DNA of 64,000 nucleotides from an uncultured bacterium (GTDB lineage Bacteria; Patescibacteriota; Minisyncoccia; UBA6257; GWB1-50-10): NCBI GenBank assembly GCA_963713955.1, contig OY970216.1, positions 732,562 to 796,561 of the forward strand, read 5' to 3'. Shown piece by piece: positions 20,123 to 30,921 of this stretch (position 1 is its first letter; each line of letters starts with the position of its first letter). The notes under the pieces were generated by a model. It saw only the letters and a program-made list of their open reading frames with translations, ran no database searches and was not told where the DNA came from. The position numbers and the translations under genes were made by a program.

Positions 20123-20776
20123 TCACTTAATCAGTGACAGACTGCTCCCTACCTCGTACCAGTTTGAATTGCTCCCGTTGTCGGTTGAGACAACGTCAGC
20201 GGCACCACTGTTTGAATACTTCACACTCTCCATCGCGGCGTCTACCTGGTAGGTGCCCACGGTCCCGTACGCGGCAAACACGTACTGACACACCGTGGTG
20301 CTGGATCCGCTTAATCTGCAGGTACCACCGTTATTCGGATCGACCGGCAGCTTGGATAAAGGCGAACCGCTCGAGACAAGAGTGAAGTTCAAGGGAACCC
20401 ACCCCCCACCGCTGACAGAACTGCTCGCGGAAGCGGTGGTAGACGCTGACGTACAAGTTGCCGTACTTGAAGCTCCCGGAGCTCCCGTGGCTGACGTTGA
20501 CGAGGTATACCCGATGTAGCAGCCGCTACCTCCCCAATACCCGCCGGCTCCCGAGGTTCCCCACGCCGTAGTCGTCGCCGCCGTCCGTACATCTGCAACC
20601 CAGAGGCTTATCGCGCTGTTCAAAGCTGCCATGTCGGAGATTCTCGTTGAGTCCCTTCCTTGCTTGATGAGTTCAGCAGGATTCAAGACCAAGACAACGG
20701 CAGTCGCAAGGACTGCGAGAATGGCGATCACGACCAAGAGTTCAATAAGCGTGAATCCTTTTCCTTTCATACTCAT
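20123..20776 (-). CDS. type IV prepilin-like protein
   Basis: MSMKGKG|FTLIELLVVIAILAVLATAVVLVLNPAELIKQGRDSTRISDMAALNSAI. The first ~160 bp are near-identical to 11233-11390. Confidence 0.8.
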   Translation of the reverse strand: MSMKGKGFTLIELLVVIAILAVLATAVVLVLNPAELIKQGRDSTRISDMAALNSAISLWVADVRTAATTTAWGTSGAGGYWGGSGCYIGYTSSTSATGAPGASSTATCTSASTTASASSSVSGGGWVPLNFTLVSSGSPLSKLPVDPNNGGTCRLSGSSTTVCQYVFAAYGTVGTYQVDAAMESVKYSNSGAADVVSTDNGSNSNWYEVGSSLSLIK

Positions 20777-20867
20777 ATCGTTTGTTTACTTTTTGTTCTT
20801 ATAGCAAATCGACCCCCTTTGTTGCTATCGCGTTTATTATAACACAAACGGCCGGCCTAAACCGAAT

Positions 20868-22121
20868 TCATATCTCAAAGTAACCCTGCAGGAGATATTC
20901 CTTTGAAAATCTTTCCATCTCTTCAAACGAGAAATATGAGATAAAAATCTGATTCCACAAAGCCTCCTGGTGGTGGTACATATACTTGATTGATTCTTTT
21001 TCCTGGACGAGGCTCATTACGGTATCCACCAGGTTGAAGCTTACGAGCGTGTCCTCCCCGAGTTCGTCCTTGAAGAAATCGCCCACCCAATCGAGCCCTG
21101 TCCAGAAACTTAAATCCACCCCGTCGTGATTCAGTATTTCTCCCAACTTCATAATATCGTGCCCAGCTTTCATCCAATGGATAGCTTCCGGGTTCAAGTG
21201 GGGCACGAAAAGCCGCCATTCGTTCTCGTCGTCTTTCGTGAGATACCGCTGGACAACCAGCCAAAGTGTCTTCTCCCCTTCCGGCATGTGCCGATCCAAA
21301 ACATCCCCCCGCAAAAGAGAAATAACGTCCGCTGCGAACGTCTCCGGAAGCTCGGTGCATTTCCTAAACATGTCGGAATAAAACGGTATTTCGTTCAGAT
21401 AGTGAAAAATCAAAGCCATCATCCTTAAAAGTTCTCCGGAAATACCCAAAGAAAGAGGAATGACGAACACCACCCCCATCTCCTTCAAGTGGCTTATGTT
21501 GTGCCACTTTTTATTGACAAACTCCTGTGCCGCTGGACCCCATCTTTCCGGCAAAGGTCTTATTATTACCTCCCGCTCCTCGAAATCGTCGGGCGTAAGC
21601 GTTTCATACTGCTTGAAGAAACGTGTGTTCAACCACTCGCTCCCCTCAATGAATCGGAGGGCGCTCATAACCTCGAAGAGGTCTTCTTTTTGGAGCATCG
21701 CGTCCACCGAATCGTATTTCAAGAAAGACAATATCCCCCGCGGTGGTTCCTTTTTTAAAAATTCGATCGCCTTTTCCTTTTTCAGAAAAAATCCCCGCTC
21801 CACTCCCTTGACTTCCTTCACAGCTTCCACGATTCCTTCATAGTCACTCATTTTCGTGAGGGACGGGTTGCCGAGAGCTTCTGCCACGGTATGGTTGTCA
21901 GCTTCTATCTTCGAGGTCAAAGCGTCGTAAATTTCCTTGGCGCCGGCGTCCCGTTCCACGTCGAGCCGCGACAGCCGATCAACCATTCTCTTCTCGTTTT
22001 CCGCCATAACGCTCTCCATCACGCCCTTCTTCCTGGTTATCTCGGAAAGATGGGCTTCTATCTTCTCGATGTAATCCCGGTCGGTCCTTAATATCTTGGC
22101 TATTTTATCCGCCGAACTCAT
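20868..22121 (-). CDS. hypothetical protein (417 aa), no recognizable family
   Basis: Long ORF on the gene-dense minus strand with no motif I can assign. Confidence 0.45.
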   Translation of the reverse strand: MSSADKIAKILRTDRDYIEKIEAHLSEITRKKGVMESVMAENEKRMVDRLSRLDVERDAGAKEIYDALTSKIEADNHTVAEALGNPSLTKMSDYEGIVEAVKEVKGVERGFFLKKEKAIEFLKKEPPRGILSFLKYDSVDAMLQKEDLFEVMSALRFIEGSEWLNTRFFKQYETLTPDDFEEREVIIRPLPERWGPAAQEFVNKKWHNISHLKEMGVVFVIPLSLGISGELLRMMALIFHYLNEIPFYSDMFRKCTELPETFAADVISLLRGDVLDRHMPEGEKTLWLVVQRYLTKDDENEWRLFVPHLNPEAIHWMKAGHDIMKLGEILNHDGVDLSFWTGLDWVGDFFKDELGEDTLVSFNLVDTVMSLVQEKESIKYMYHHQEALWNQIFISYFSFEEMERFSKEYLLQGYFEI

Positions 22122-23140
22122 AGCTCTTCAACCCTTATACTTAGGCCTCTCCAGCGCGACTGCTTCAACTCTCTGGAAGTCAGGATCCCCTCGGTGGCTC
22201 CGATGTGTTCAACGACCGAAGTGGCGTTCGCCGTCGCAACCCTTATCGCCTCTGCCACTTGGCCTTCATCCACGCGATCCAGGGAGGAAAACGTGACCCC
22301 TGATCGCATGAGGCCAGTTACAAACCCTGAACCGAACGCATCTCCCGCACCCGTCCGGTCAACCAATTTTTTCTCCTTGAAAACCCCAGCCCGGTAAACG
22401 TGCTTGCCGTCCGAAACAGTGACACCTGCCGCACCGTCCGTGACCGCCAAAACTCCCGGCATGAGGGCATCCAGTTTTTTGAACACTTCCCGCTCCCGTG
22501 AAAAAGGAATGCCCGTCAAAATGGCCGCTTCCTCTTCGTTCAAAACCAGGAGGGAGATGTCTTTGAGGGATGACAATATGCTTTTCTTGTCCATCGTGAG
22601 GTGATAGCCGCTTGGATTGAAAGCGACAGCGATCCTTTCACGCCTCGCCCGAGCGATGAATTTACCGAACATCTTGTACGAATCACCGGCGAGCGATAAG
22701 TACCACCACTTCGCCTTCAAGTCGCCTATTTTGAAATCCGAAAAATCGAAATCATTGGAAGCGCCGTGATAACTCAAGATCGTCCTTTCCCCGTTCTTCA
22801 AGAGCAACACCGAGTAAGCGGTCAAAAGTTTCCTATCGACCGAGAGCGTTTTTACGTTCACTTTTTCCTCCAAGAGTTTTCTTCTTATCTCTTCGGCGGC
22901 AACGTCGTTCCCCACCCTCCCGACGCAGGCCGTCTTTAATCCTTGGCGCGCAAACGTGACCGAAGCGTTCGCCGAGTTGCCGCCCACCGTGAAATACACT
23001 TTCTTCACCTCCATCTTGTCGCCAAGCGGCAGCACCAACCCTTTCCCCGAAGGGGCTTTCCCCCATCTTGCGAGAGGAAAATTTGAGGCATCGAAGAACG
23101 CGTCTCTCGTGACCGAGCCTATTGCCACAACGTCAAGCAT
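22118..23140 (-). CDS. PfkB-family carbohydrate kinase
   Basis: DRTGAGDAFGSGFV (PfkB signature 2) and GG-N-N motifs. Confidence 0.8.
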   Translation of the reverse strand: MLDVVAIGSVTRDAFFDASNFPLARWGKAPSGKGLVLPLGDKMEVKKVYFTVGGNSANASVTFARQGLKTACVGRVGNDVAAEEIRRKLLEEKVNVKTLSVDRKLLTAYSVLLLKNGERTILSYHGASNDFDFSDFKIGDLKAKWWYLSLAGDSYKMFGKFIARARRERIAVAFNPSGYHLTMDKKSILSSLKDISLLVLNEEEAAILTGIPFSREREVFKKLDALMPGVLAVTDGAAGVTVSDGKHVYRAGVFKEKKLVDRTGAGDAFGSGFVTGLMRSGVTFSSLDRVDEGQVAEAIRVATANATSVVEHIGATEGILTSRELKQSRWRGLSIRVEEL

Positions 23141-23143
23141 CGC

Positions 23144-23641
23144 TCACTTGAAAGAATAACCGATTGACTGAATCTCCCACACCTTGGGAGAAACCTGGGT
23201 AAAAGATACTGAGATCGGCGATGAAACGGAAAATGTTTTGCTTTGCGGTGAAACCTTCTGGATATTGTCTTCAACCTCCTTGAGCACCACAATATAAGAA
23301 AGTATTGAACTGTGCGATGCTGCTTCAAGAACTTTGAGGGCATTGTCCCGCAGGGCGCGTACGAAATACGTGCTCGCGATCTGGAAATCACTCCGTTCTA
23401 TTGCTTCCCGATAAAGATAGAGAGTTTGATAGGGAGTAGTGCCGCCGTAATTACCGATCGACTGTTTCTCGTAGATAGCCTTTTCCGCGGCGACAACTCG
23501 TTGATTGATTTTGTCCTGCTCCTGCTGCTTTACGTGCAGATCATAAAAATACCAGACGTAGAAAACGGCGACGACTAAGATGATGAACACAATCCCGCAA
23601 GTTAGGACTTTCCAGAAATCTTTTGAAAACCTCATCGTCAT
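23144..23641 (-). CDS. hypothetical membrane protein
   Basis: One N-terminal TM followed by a coiled-coil-like segment. GCTATAAT abuts the ATG. Confidence 0.4.
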   Translation of the reverse strand: MTMRFSKDFWKVLTCGIVFIILVVAVFYVWYFYDLHVKQQEQDKINQRVVAAEKAIYEKQSIGNYGGTTPYQTLYLYREAIERSDFQIASTYFVRALRDNALKVLEAASHSSILSYIVVLKEVEDNIQKVSPQSKTFSVSSPISVSFTQVSPKVWEIQSIGYSFK

Positions 23642-23686
23642 TATTATAGCACAAGTAGCTAGTTACTTGTCACTGACTACCACCTC

Positions 23687-24904
23687 CTATTTCTGTGCGT
23701 TGTAGATAGCCTGTATTTCTGCGGCGGAGAGGGCCTTGTCGTATACCCTAAGATCATCGACGGACAAGTCGGTTGATCTCCAGTTGCCACCGTCTATGTA
23801 CCATCTGCCATTGCCCAACTGGACATTGTAAGCGGAACCGTTACAAGACTTCTTCTGGATACTGTCCACGTAAATATAAAGATTGTTTGATTGTTTAATA
23901 AAGGAAATAAGATGCCAACTGCCGAAATAAGAGGTGTAATCGGTGGAACAATATAAACCTAATCCAACCTGAGCTATCTCTAAGAGCGTCGAGGAATCTG
24001 GATTGACAACAACTATATTATTGCCTTGAGTCGGATATTGATAGTTGCCGAAAAAGGTAAAGCCAAGATTGTCAGATCGTCTTACTGGATCTACCCAAGC
24101 GGAATAAGTGAAATCCCCCGTCCCGGTACTCAATTTACTCGCGTTATCAACATATTCGGCTTGGTTGGTGCTGGAAGCCAAGAAAACACAGTTACCGACT
24201 TTGCAATTTGAACCGCTGAGCCACGTCGGGGATCCACCGGACGCCGTCATATTGTAACTGTCGCCGCTCATATCATTCGCGTTCCCATCCAACGGCCACC
24301 ATCCTACTAATCCTTCAGACTTTGCAATAAGGGAAAGGTCAGAACCAATCTCATACCTCCCAGGATCATAGCCTTGGTCTTGGGATGCGGTGGATACAAG
24401 GTATTTCTGTGATTCCAAGGCACTGGATAAGGCATAGGAGCCTCCTGATACGTAGGTATAGTAGAGTCCAGAACTAGTGGTATTCGTAGGGTCTATCGGG
24501 AGCTTGGATAAAGGGGATCCTGATGATAGGAGGGTAAGATTCACGGGAATCCAGCCTGTTCCGTCTACTCTTGTTGAGGAAGAGCTTGGAACACAGTGAT
24601 AGGCCCATCCTATAGGAGGAGAAGACAGTCCCAGATTGGCACAGGTGGATGTGGTATCGGGAACTGATACGTAGAGGGTATTTGGAGTCCCTAAGGACTG
24701 GGTATATTGATCTGCCTGGAAGAGGGAGAGGGCACTATTCAAGGCAGAGAGATCAGACAATCTTGTCGAATCTCTTCCCTGGGCCAGGAGCTGGGCAGGG
24801 TTCAGGACCAAGACGACGGCCACCGCAAGGACGGCAAGGATGGCGATTACGATGAGGAGCTCGATCAGGGTGAAGCTGCTTCGGAATTGAAGGCTCATTA
24901 TCAC
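23687..24904 (-). CDS. prepilin-like protein with C-terminal LamG/concanavalin-like domain
   Basis: FTLIELLIVIAILAVLAVAVVLVLNP N-terminus. C-terminal LVGWWPLDGNANDMSG...LYIYVD...DDLRVYDKALSAAEI resembles a LamG jelly-roll. Confidence 0.7.
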   Translation of the reverse strand: MIMSLQFRSSFTLIELLIVIAILAVLAVAVVLVLNPAQLLAQGRDSTRLSDLSALNSALSLFQADQYTQSLGTPNTLYVSVPDTTSTCANLGLSSPPIGWAYHCVPSSSSTRVDGTGWIPVNLTLLSSGSPLSKLPIDPTNTTSSGLYYTYVSGGSYALSSALESQKYLVSTASQDQGYDPGRYEIGSDLSLIAKSEGLVGWWPLDGNANDMSGDSYNMTASGGSPTWLSGSNCKVGNCVFLASSTNQAEYVDNASKLSTGTGDFTYSAWVDPVRRSDNLGFTFFGNYQYPTQGNNIVVVNPDSSTLLEIAQVGLGLYCSTDYTSYFGSWHLISFIKQSNNLYIYVDSIQKKSCNGSAYNVQLGNGRWYIDGGNWRSTDLSVDDLRVYDKALSAAEIQAIYNAQK

Positions 24905-25890
24905 TTGCTACTGATCACTTTTCTAACGGCTCTCTCAATATCTTTCACACCCATGCCGTATTTTTCGAGAAGCGCGTTCGGTGGTCCCGATTCCCCAAAG
25001 GTGTCTTTCATCCCAACAAACTCCATAGGAACCGGCTTGTGTTTAGCCAGGATCTCAGCCACGGCGCTTCCCATTCCCCCCGCAATCTGATGTTCCTCAA
25101 CCGTGACGACCGCTCCCGCCCGCTCCGCCGCTTTTACGATTGCCCTTTCATCCATTGGTTTTATCGAATGGTTGTTCAAAACCAAAACTCCGACTTTTTC
25201 CTTTTCCAGTTCTTTGGCTGCGACAAGTGCGTTCCGGAGAAGCAGCCCGCAGGCGATGATCGCAACCTGCGGTTTCCGCGATTCCCAAATAACGTCGATC
25301 TTCCCGGGCGCGAACGGCGTTTCTTCCGTCGTCACGACCGCACTCTTTTCCCGCGCGAACCGAAGGTACACCGGCCCGTCGATGGAAGCCGCGGCAATCG
25401 TCGCTTTCCTCGCTTCGATTGCGTCTGAGGGTACGAAAACCCTCATATTCGGCATAACGCGCATGATCGCGATGTCTTCGGTCGCCTGATGCGTCGCGCC
25501 GTCGGGCCCCACCGAAACCCCCGCGTGATGGCCGGCGATTTTCACATTGGAATCGTTGTACGCGATGGTTGTCCGTATCTGTTCGTAATTCCGTCCCGGA
25601 GAAAACGTGGCGTAGGAAGCAATGAACGGAATTTTCCCAGAAACGCCGAGTCCCGCCGCGATCGCCGCCATATTCTGCTCGGCCACTCCAACCTCGAAGA
25701 ATCGCTCCGGGTGCTTCTTGGCAAAAGCCTCGGCACGAGTAGACTCCGTGAGGTCCGCCGAGAGCACGACGACCTGGGGATTCTTGTCACCGAGGAATAC
25801 CAAGCCGTCACCGAAACCGTTCCGTATCGGGACTTGCAGGACGTCCTCATCAAATATCTTGGGATTAAGTTTTAGTTTGGGATTCAACAT
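24901..25890 (-). CDS. transketolase, C-terminal subunit
   Basis: Pyrimidine-binding and C-terminal domains (GFGDGLVFLGDKNPQVVVLSADL...). Confidence 0.9.
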   Translation of the reverse strand: MLNPKLKLNPKIFDEDVLQVPIRNGFGDGLVFLGDKNPQVVVLSADLTESTRAEAFAKKHPERFFEVGVAEQNMAAIAAGLGVSGKIPFIASYATFSPGRNYEQIRTTIAYNDSNVKIAGHHAGVSVGPDGATHQATEDIAIMRVMPNMRVFVPSDAIEARKATIAAASIDGPVYLRFAREKSAVVTTEETPFAPGKIDVIWESRKPQVAIIACGLLLRNALVAAKELEKEKVGVLVLNNHSIKPMDERAIVKAAERAGAVVTVEEHQIAGGMGSAVAEILAKHKPVPMEFVGMKDTFGESGPPNALLEKYGMGVKDIERAVRKVISSK

Positions 25891-26759
25891 TATTCGTGTT
25901 CACTCTCGATTCTCCGGCCGAGCGTCCGGAGTTCAGCGAGGGCGCGCTCCGCTTCCTCTTTGTTCGGTGGTTTGCCGTGCCACGTATAATCGCGTTCCAT
26001 GAAACTCACGCCTTTTCCGGGGATTGTATGCGCAATGATCAAAGTCGGTTTTTCGTAGATCGCTTCGGCCTCCGAGATGGCGTAAACAAGTTCTTCCATG
26101 TTGTGCCCGTCAATTTCAAGAACGTGCCAATTGAACGCTTCGTACTTCTCGCGGAGGGGCTCTAGAGGCATCACGTTTTCCGTGAAACCGTCTATCTGGA
26201 TGTTGTTCCGATCCATCACGACCGTCAAATTATTGAGCTTATTCTTGCCGGCGAACATCACGGCTTCCCAAACGTTCCCTTCGTCGTGCTCCCCATCGGA
26301 CATGAGGCAGTACGTCCGGTATTTCTTCCCATCCATCTTGGCGGCTAAGGCCATTCCGATGGCCTGCGAAAGCCCCGACCCAAGGGGACCGGAAGTCGTC
26401 TCGACGCCGGGAAGCGTCCCGCGGTGGGGATGGCCCTGGAGGCGGGAATTGATTTTGCGGAGCGTGTAGAGCTCTTCAAGCGGGAAGTAGCCAGCGTACG
26501 CCAAGGTTGCATAGAGCACCGGACAGATGTGCCCATTCGAAAGAATCAGCCGGTCCCGATCCAGCCAGGTCGGCCGTTCCGGATCATGTTTCAGGATGTG
26601 GAAATAAAAAGCCGTGAAGATGTCGGCCATCCCGAGGGGCCCCGCCGAATGTCCCGACCCGGCCTCAAGGAGCATCTCAATGATTTTCTCGCGAATCTTG
26701 TTCGCCGTTATCTGGAGGTACTCAAGCTTGTCTTCGCGTATCGGAGTCATTACCTTCAA
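25890..26759 (-). CDS. transketolase, N-terminal (TPP-binding) subunit
   Basis: GSGHSAGPLGMADI...GHPHRGTLPGVETTSGPLGSGLSQAIGMAL. Confidence 0.9.
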   Translation of the reverse strand: MKVMTPIREDKLEYLQITANKIREKIIEMLLEAGSGHSAGPLGMADIFTAFYFHILKHDPERPTWLDRDRLILSNGHICPVLYATLAYAGYFPLEELYTLRKINSRLQGHPHRGTLPGVETTSGPLGSGLSQAIGMALAAKMDGKKYRTYCLMSDGEHDEGNVWEAVMFAGKNKLNNLTVVMDRNNIQIDGFTENVMPLEPLREKYEAFNWHVLEIDGHNMEELVYAISEAEAIYEKPTLIIAHTIPGKGVSFMERDYTWHGKPPNKEEAERALAELRTLGRRIESEHE

Positions 26760-26808
26760 TTATACAACTCATAGAGCGAGAAGAAAATAAAATATCTCGA
26801 AGCCACGT

Positions 26809-26889
26809 GAGCCGGACATCCCTCGCGAAGGCTAAGACTTGGGCGTCGCCCCGGAGACGGCCTGAGCGAGGGATGTCCGGCGAGGGAGC
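26809..26889 (+). repeat. structured ~85-nt repeat element, copy C
   Basis: ccggacatccctcgcgaaggctaagacttgggcgtcgccccggagacggcctgagcgagggatgtccgg with a perfect 15-bp outer stem. Confidence 0.65.
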
Positions 26890-26891
26890 TT

Positions 26892-28493
26892 TTATTTCCT
26901 CCGAGCGGCCGCCTTCATGAACCCCACGAACAGCGGATGTGGCGCGAGAAATCTCGATTTGAATTCCGGATGCGCCTGCGTCCCCATGAAGAACGGATGC
27001 TCGGGAATCTCTATCATGTCCACCAATCTTTCGTCTTCCTTCGCCCATCCCGAGAAAACCAGTCCGTTCTTTTCCAAGATGTCGTGATACTCCGGGTTCA
27101 CCTCGTACCGATGCCGATGTCGCTCGTCCACCGTATCCTTGCCATAAAGCTCGCGGGCTCTGGTTCCCTTTACGAGTCCCATCGCCCACGCGCCCAACCT
27201 CATGGTTCCGCCCAAATCCTTCACGTCTTTCTGCGAAGGCATGATGGCGATGACCGGATTGGGCGTCCGCGCGTCGAACTCGGTGCTGTTCGCTCTCCGT
27301 AAACCGCAAACGTGCCTCGCAAACTCTATGACCGCAACCTGGAGCCCCAAGCAAAGGCCGAGAAACGGCATCTTGTTTTCACGGGCATACTTTATGGCTT
27401 TTATTTTCCCCTCAATGCCCCGCCGGCCGAACCCTCCGGGGACGATGATCCCGTCCAATTCTTTTATCTTCCTTAAAATGTTGTCCTTTTCTGAATCCAC
27501 CTGGACGACCTCCGCCTTCACGCCAACCTCGAGCGCGGCGTGCTTCACTGCTTCAATGACGGAGAGATAAGCGTCGGGGTTCACGACGTACTTTCCGACC
27601 ATCCCGACCCTGACGGTTTTGGTGAGCCGTTTCATCTTTCTTATCTTCCGCTGAAGAGCGAGGATATCGAGTTTCCTGACGGCCAGGTCGAGTTTTTTCA
27701 GGATGTTTTCATCGAGTCTCTTCTTCCTGAAATTCAGAGGTATTTCGTAAATGCTCCCGACATTGGGTGCCTCGATGATGTGGTCGACGGCCACGTTCGT
27801 AAACATGGCGATCTTGCTTTTTATCTCGCCGTCGAATTCTTGTTTGCACCGCACGATCAAAAAGTCTGGATGGATGCCGGTTTCCCGGAGCGTCCGCACG
27901 GACTGTTGTATCGGCTTCGTTTTCTCCTCCTCGGAAGGGAAAACATAGTCAATCTTCACAACGTGGATGAAGGCTACATTCTCTTCCCCTCGTTCGCCGT
28001 AAATCTGCCTCGCTGCTTCCAGGAACGGTTCCTCTTCTATGTCTCCCGCCGTGCCGCCGATTTCGATTACCACGATGTCCACCTTCTTTTCTTCCGCTGG
28101 CTGTATGATTCTCCTTTTGATCTCGTCGGTGACGTGCGGGATGATCTGAATGGTCTTCCCCAAAAAATCGCCGTGCCGTTCCAGATCCATCACGTGCGAG
28201 TAAACGGAACCGGTCGTGAAATTGGAATACTTGTCGAGATTCATGTTCAGGAACCGCTCGTAGTGACCGAGGTCGAGGTCGGTCTCCGCTCCGTCTTCGG
28301 TCACGAACACTTCCCCGTGCTGGTACGGATTCATGGTGCCGGCATCCTTATTGAGATAGGGGTCCATCTTGATGGGCAGCACCTTGAATCCCCGCGACTT
28401 CAGAAGAAAACTTATCGAGGCTGCCGACGCTCCCTTCCCGATGCCGGAGATGATCCCGCCGGTCACGAAAATTATTTTTGGTTTCTTCGCCAT
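26892..28493 (-). CDS. pyrG: CTP synthase
   Basis: Start at MAKKPKIIFVTGGIISGIGKG. C-terminal glutamine amidotransferase domain GLCLGLQ. Confidence 0.9.
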   Translation of the reverse strand: MAKKPKIIFVTGGIISGIGKGASAASISFLLKSRGFKVLPIKMDPYLNKDAGTMNPYQHGEVFVTEDGAETDLDLGHYERFLNMNLDKYSNFTTGSVYSHVMDLERHGDFLGKTIQIIPHVTDEIKRRIIQPAEEKKVDIVVIEIGGTAGDIEEEPFLEAARQIYGERGEENVAFIHVVKIDYVFPSEEEKTKPIQQSVRTLRETGIHPDFLIVRCKQEFDGEIKSKIAMFTNVAVDHIIEAPNVGSIYEIPLNFRKKRLDENILKKLDLAVRKLDILALQRKIRKMKRLTKTVRVGMVGKYVVNPDAYLSVIEAVKHAALEVGVKAEVVQVDSEKDNILRKIKELDGIIVPGGFGRRGIEGKIKAIKYARENKMPFLGLCLGLQVAVIEFARHVCGLRRANSTEFDARTPNPVIAIMPSQKDVKDLGGTMRLGAWAMGLVKGTRARELYGKDTVDERHRHRYEVNPEYHDILEKNGLVFSGWAKEDERLVDMIEIPEHPFFMGTQAHPEFKSRFLAPHPLFVGFMKAAARRK

Positions 28494-28497
28494 GACG

Positions 28498-29148
28498 TTA
28501 CGCCTCCGCCAAACTTTCGTACGCTCTTTTGACGTCTTCATTCTTCCATAAATAAGAACCGGTGACAACTCCGGACGCTCCCGCCTCCTTCATCTTGCCG
28601 ATTGTCCCCCCATCGACGCCCCCGTCTATGAAAACGTCCACCGAAGGATAGACTGACTTGAAAAGCTTCGCTTTTTCCAAGACGGACAGGTCGAGCTTCT
28701 GGCCGGAAAAACCCGGCGGCACAGCCAAAAATTGCACCCTCTTGAGGTTCCCGAGCTCCGTCATGTCCATCAGATCTTTGACCGCCCCGTCCGGATTCAT
28801 GGTGAGTTCCAGCTCCGCTCCCCTCCGCGAACAAAAGTCCTTTACTTCGTCAAAATTGAAATCCGATTCCACGTGCACGATGAACCGCTTTACGCTCTTC
28901 ACGGAAGACCATTTTCCCATGTATTCGAGGGGATATTGAACCATGAGATGGATTTCGAATTCGAAATCGCCTCCCAGGAGAGAATCGAAAAAACCCGGCG
29001 CGAGCGGCGTCGAAGCTTTCGTGAACTTCCCGTCGGAAACGTCCACGTGCAGGGTTCGCACCCCTTCCCCCTTAAGGATCTGGAGCTTGGGGAGAATTTC
29101 TCTCACAGAGTTCTCGTCTGAAAAATTTATCGACGGTATCACTTGCAT
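28498..29148 (-). CDS. rpe: ribulose-phosphate 3-epimerase
   Basis: MQVIPSINF...HVDVSDGKF...HLMV...TMNP...PGFSGQK...FIDGGV. Confidence 0.85.
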   Translation of the reverse strand: MQVIPSINFSDENSVREILPKLQILKGEGVRTLHVDVSDGKFTKASTPLAPGFFDSLLGGDFEFEIHLMVQYPLEYMGKWSSVKSVKRFIVHVESDFNFDEVKDFCSRRGAELELTMNPDGAVKDLMDMTELGNLKRVQFLAVPPGFSGQKLDLSVLEKAKLFKSVYPSVDVFIDGGVDGGTIGKMKEAGASGVVTGSYLWKNEDVKRAYESLAEA

Positions 29149-29152
29149 ATCG

Positions 29153-29644
29153 TCACTCATCCTCCTCTTTCTCAATCACGCTCGTATCCCTCAGAAGTTT
29201 TTCTTCCAGGGAAGATATCTTATCGAGTCTCCTCCGGTACCGCTCGTCTCCCGCAAAGAGCGTCTCAAGCCAAGTGACGACGATTTTTTTCACAGCTTCT
29301 TCATCCAAATAATTTGCTCCCAGCGCTAAGACGTTTGAATTGTCGTCATGCCGGGAATCGAACGCCTGATCGGGACTCGAGGCGAGGACGCATCTTACAT
29401 TCTTAAACTTGTTGGCTACAACGTCTACCCCGACGCCGGAGCCGCAAATGAGTATCCCTCGCGCAGTTTCGAGTTCTAAACTCACCCTCCTCGCAACCTT
29501 CGCGGCGAAATCGACGTAGTCGTCATTCTCGTCCTTCACAGCGTCCCCGAGGTCGGTCACTGAATAGCCGGCCAGATGCAGGTCATTTTTCAGGTGCTCC
29601 TTTAATTCAAAACCCCGGTGATCGGCTCCGATATAGATAATCAT
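29153..29644 (-). CDS. rpiB: ribose-5-phosphate isomerase B
   Basis: IGADHRGFELK...ICGSGVG...NVLALGANY RpiB/LacAB signatures. Confidence 0.85.
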   Translation of the reverse strand: MIIYIGADHRGFELKEHLKNDLHLAGYSVTDLGDAVKDENDDYVDFAAKVARRVSLELETARGILICGSGVGVDVVANKFKNVRCVLASSPDQAFDSRHDDNSNVLALGANYLDEEAVKKIVVTWLETLFAGDERYRRRLDKISSLEEKLLRDTSVIEKEEDE

Positions 29645-29650
29645 GCTTTC

Positions 29651-30667
29651 TCACTTGATACTCGCGAGCATCTTCACGTGCCGCACAAGCGTCGAAACAT
29701 ATCCCGCTTCATTGTCGTACCACGAGAGAATCTTCACGAGATCGCCGTCAACAACTTTCGTGAAGTTAAGATCCACGATCGCACCGTACGGCTCCCCCAG
29801 AATGTCAGACGACACCACTTGGTCTTCAACCACTCCCAAGATTCCCTTCCAACGAGGGCTTTCGGAAGCTTTTCGGAAGATGTCGTTTATTTCTTCAACC
29901 GTGGTCTTCCTCTTGGCCACGAAGGTTATATCAGCAATCGAGCCGGAGACAACCGGCACTCTTATCGAAATGCCGTCGAATTTGCCCTCAAGCCCTTTGA
30001 TGGCGCGGGTTACGGCAATCGCCGCTCCCGTCGTCGAAGGGACGATGTTCTGTCCAGCCGCCCTGCCTCTTCTCATGTCGCGTCCCTTGACGGGTCCATC
30101 CACAATCGACTGGGTCGCGGTGTATCCGTGAACCGTATCGAGGATCGCCTTCGCAATTCCCGGGTTTTCCGACATCACCTGGATAACCGGCGAGGAAGCA
30201 TTCGTCGTGCAGGAACCGTTCGACGTCAAAACGACTCCCTTCGCTTCATCTTCATTCACGCCCACCAAAACCGTTTTCCCAAGAGTGCCGTCCGGATCTT
30301 TGGCGGGAGCGGTTATTACAACCCTCTTCGCGCCGGCTTGAATGTGAACTTTCGCTTTCTCGTATTCCTCAAAGATCCCCGTCGACTCAACCACGATATC
30401 TATCCCCATCGCCTTCCACGGCAACTGAGTCGGATCTTTGACCTGCAGGAATGCTGTTTCCTTCCCATCGACAATGAGTTTCCCTTCTTTCGTCTCCACT
30501 TTCTTGTCGTACTTCCTATAGACCGTATCGTACTTGAGGAGATATGCCAGATTTTCCAAGCTCCCCAAATCGTTTATGGCTACTACGTCCAAATCTTTAT
30601 CGCCGAAAGCCTGCTTGAAAAACAACCTCCCGATCCTCCCGAACCCATTGATGGCTATTTTTGTCAT
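29651..30667 (-). CDS. gap: glyceraldehyde-3-phosphate dehydrogenase
   Basis: NGFGRIGR Rossmann motif and active-site SCTTN. Confidence 0.9.
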   Translation of the reverse strand: MTKIAINGFGRIGRLFFKQAFGDKDLDVVAINDLGSLENLAYLLKYDTVYRKYDKKVETKEGKLIVDGKETAFLQVKDPTQLPWKAMGIDIVVESTGIFEEYEKAKVHIQAGAKRVVITAPAKDPDGTLGKTVLVGVNEDEAKGVVLTSNGSCTTNASSPVIQVMSENPGIAKAILDTVHGYTATQSIVDGPVKGRDMRRGRAAGQNIVPSTTGAAIAVTRAIKGLEGKFDGISIRVPVVSGSIADITFVAKRKTTVEEINDIFRKASESPRWKGILGVVEDQVVSSDILGEPYGAIVDLNFTKVVDGDLVKILSWYDNEAGYVSTLVRHVKMLASIK

Positions 30668-30921
30668 ACCCCGTAGTACAACTTCGAATTACTTTTTGTT
30701 TTTATTATAGTAGACCTTTAATCTCTTCATCAGTGATATCGATATGCTCCTGTGCTCCTGACCTTCGAATAGCCACCTTCGAAGATGCTATTCGAAGTTG
30801 TCCTACAGGGCATACCCTAATTTTAGATTCACCCCCTTGCCTGTCAAGGAGAAAAAATCGTAAAATGAAAGCAGATCTACAAATATCAGAGGAGATCGTG
30901 TCATTGTAAAGACCCCCAAAG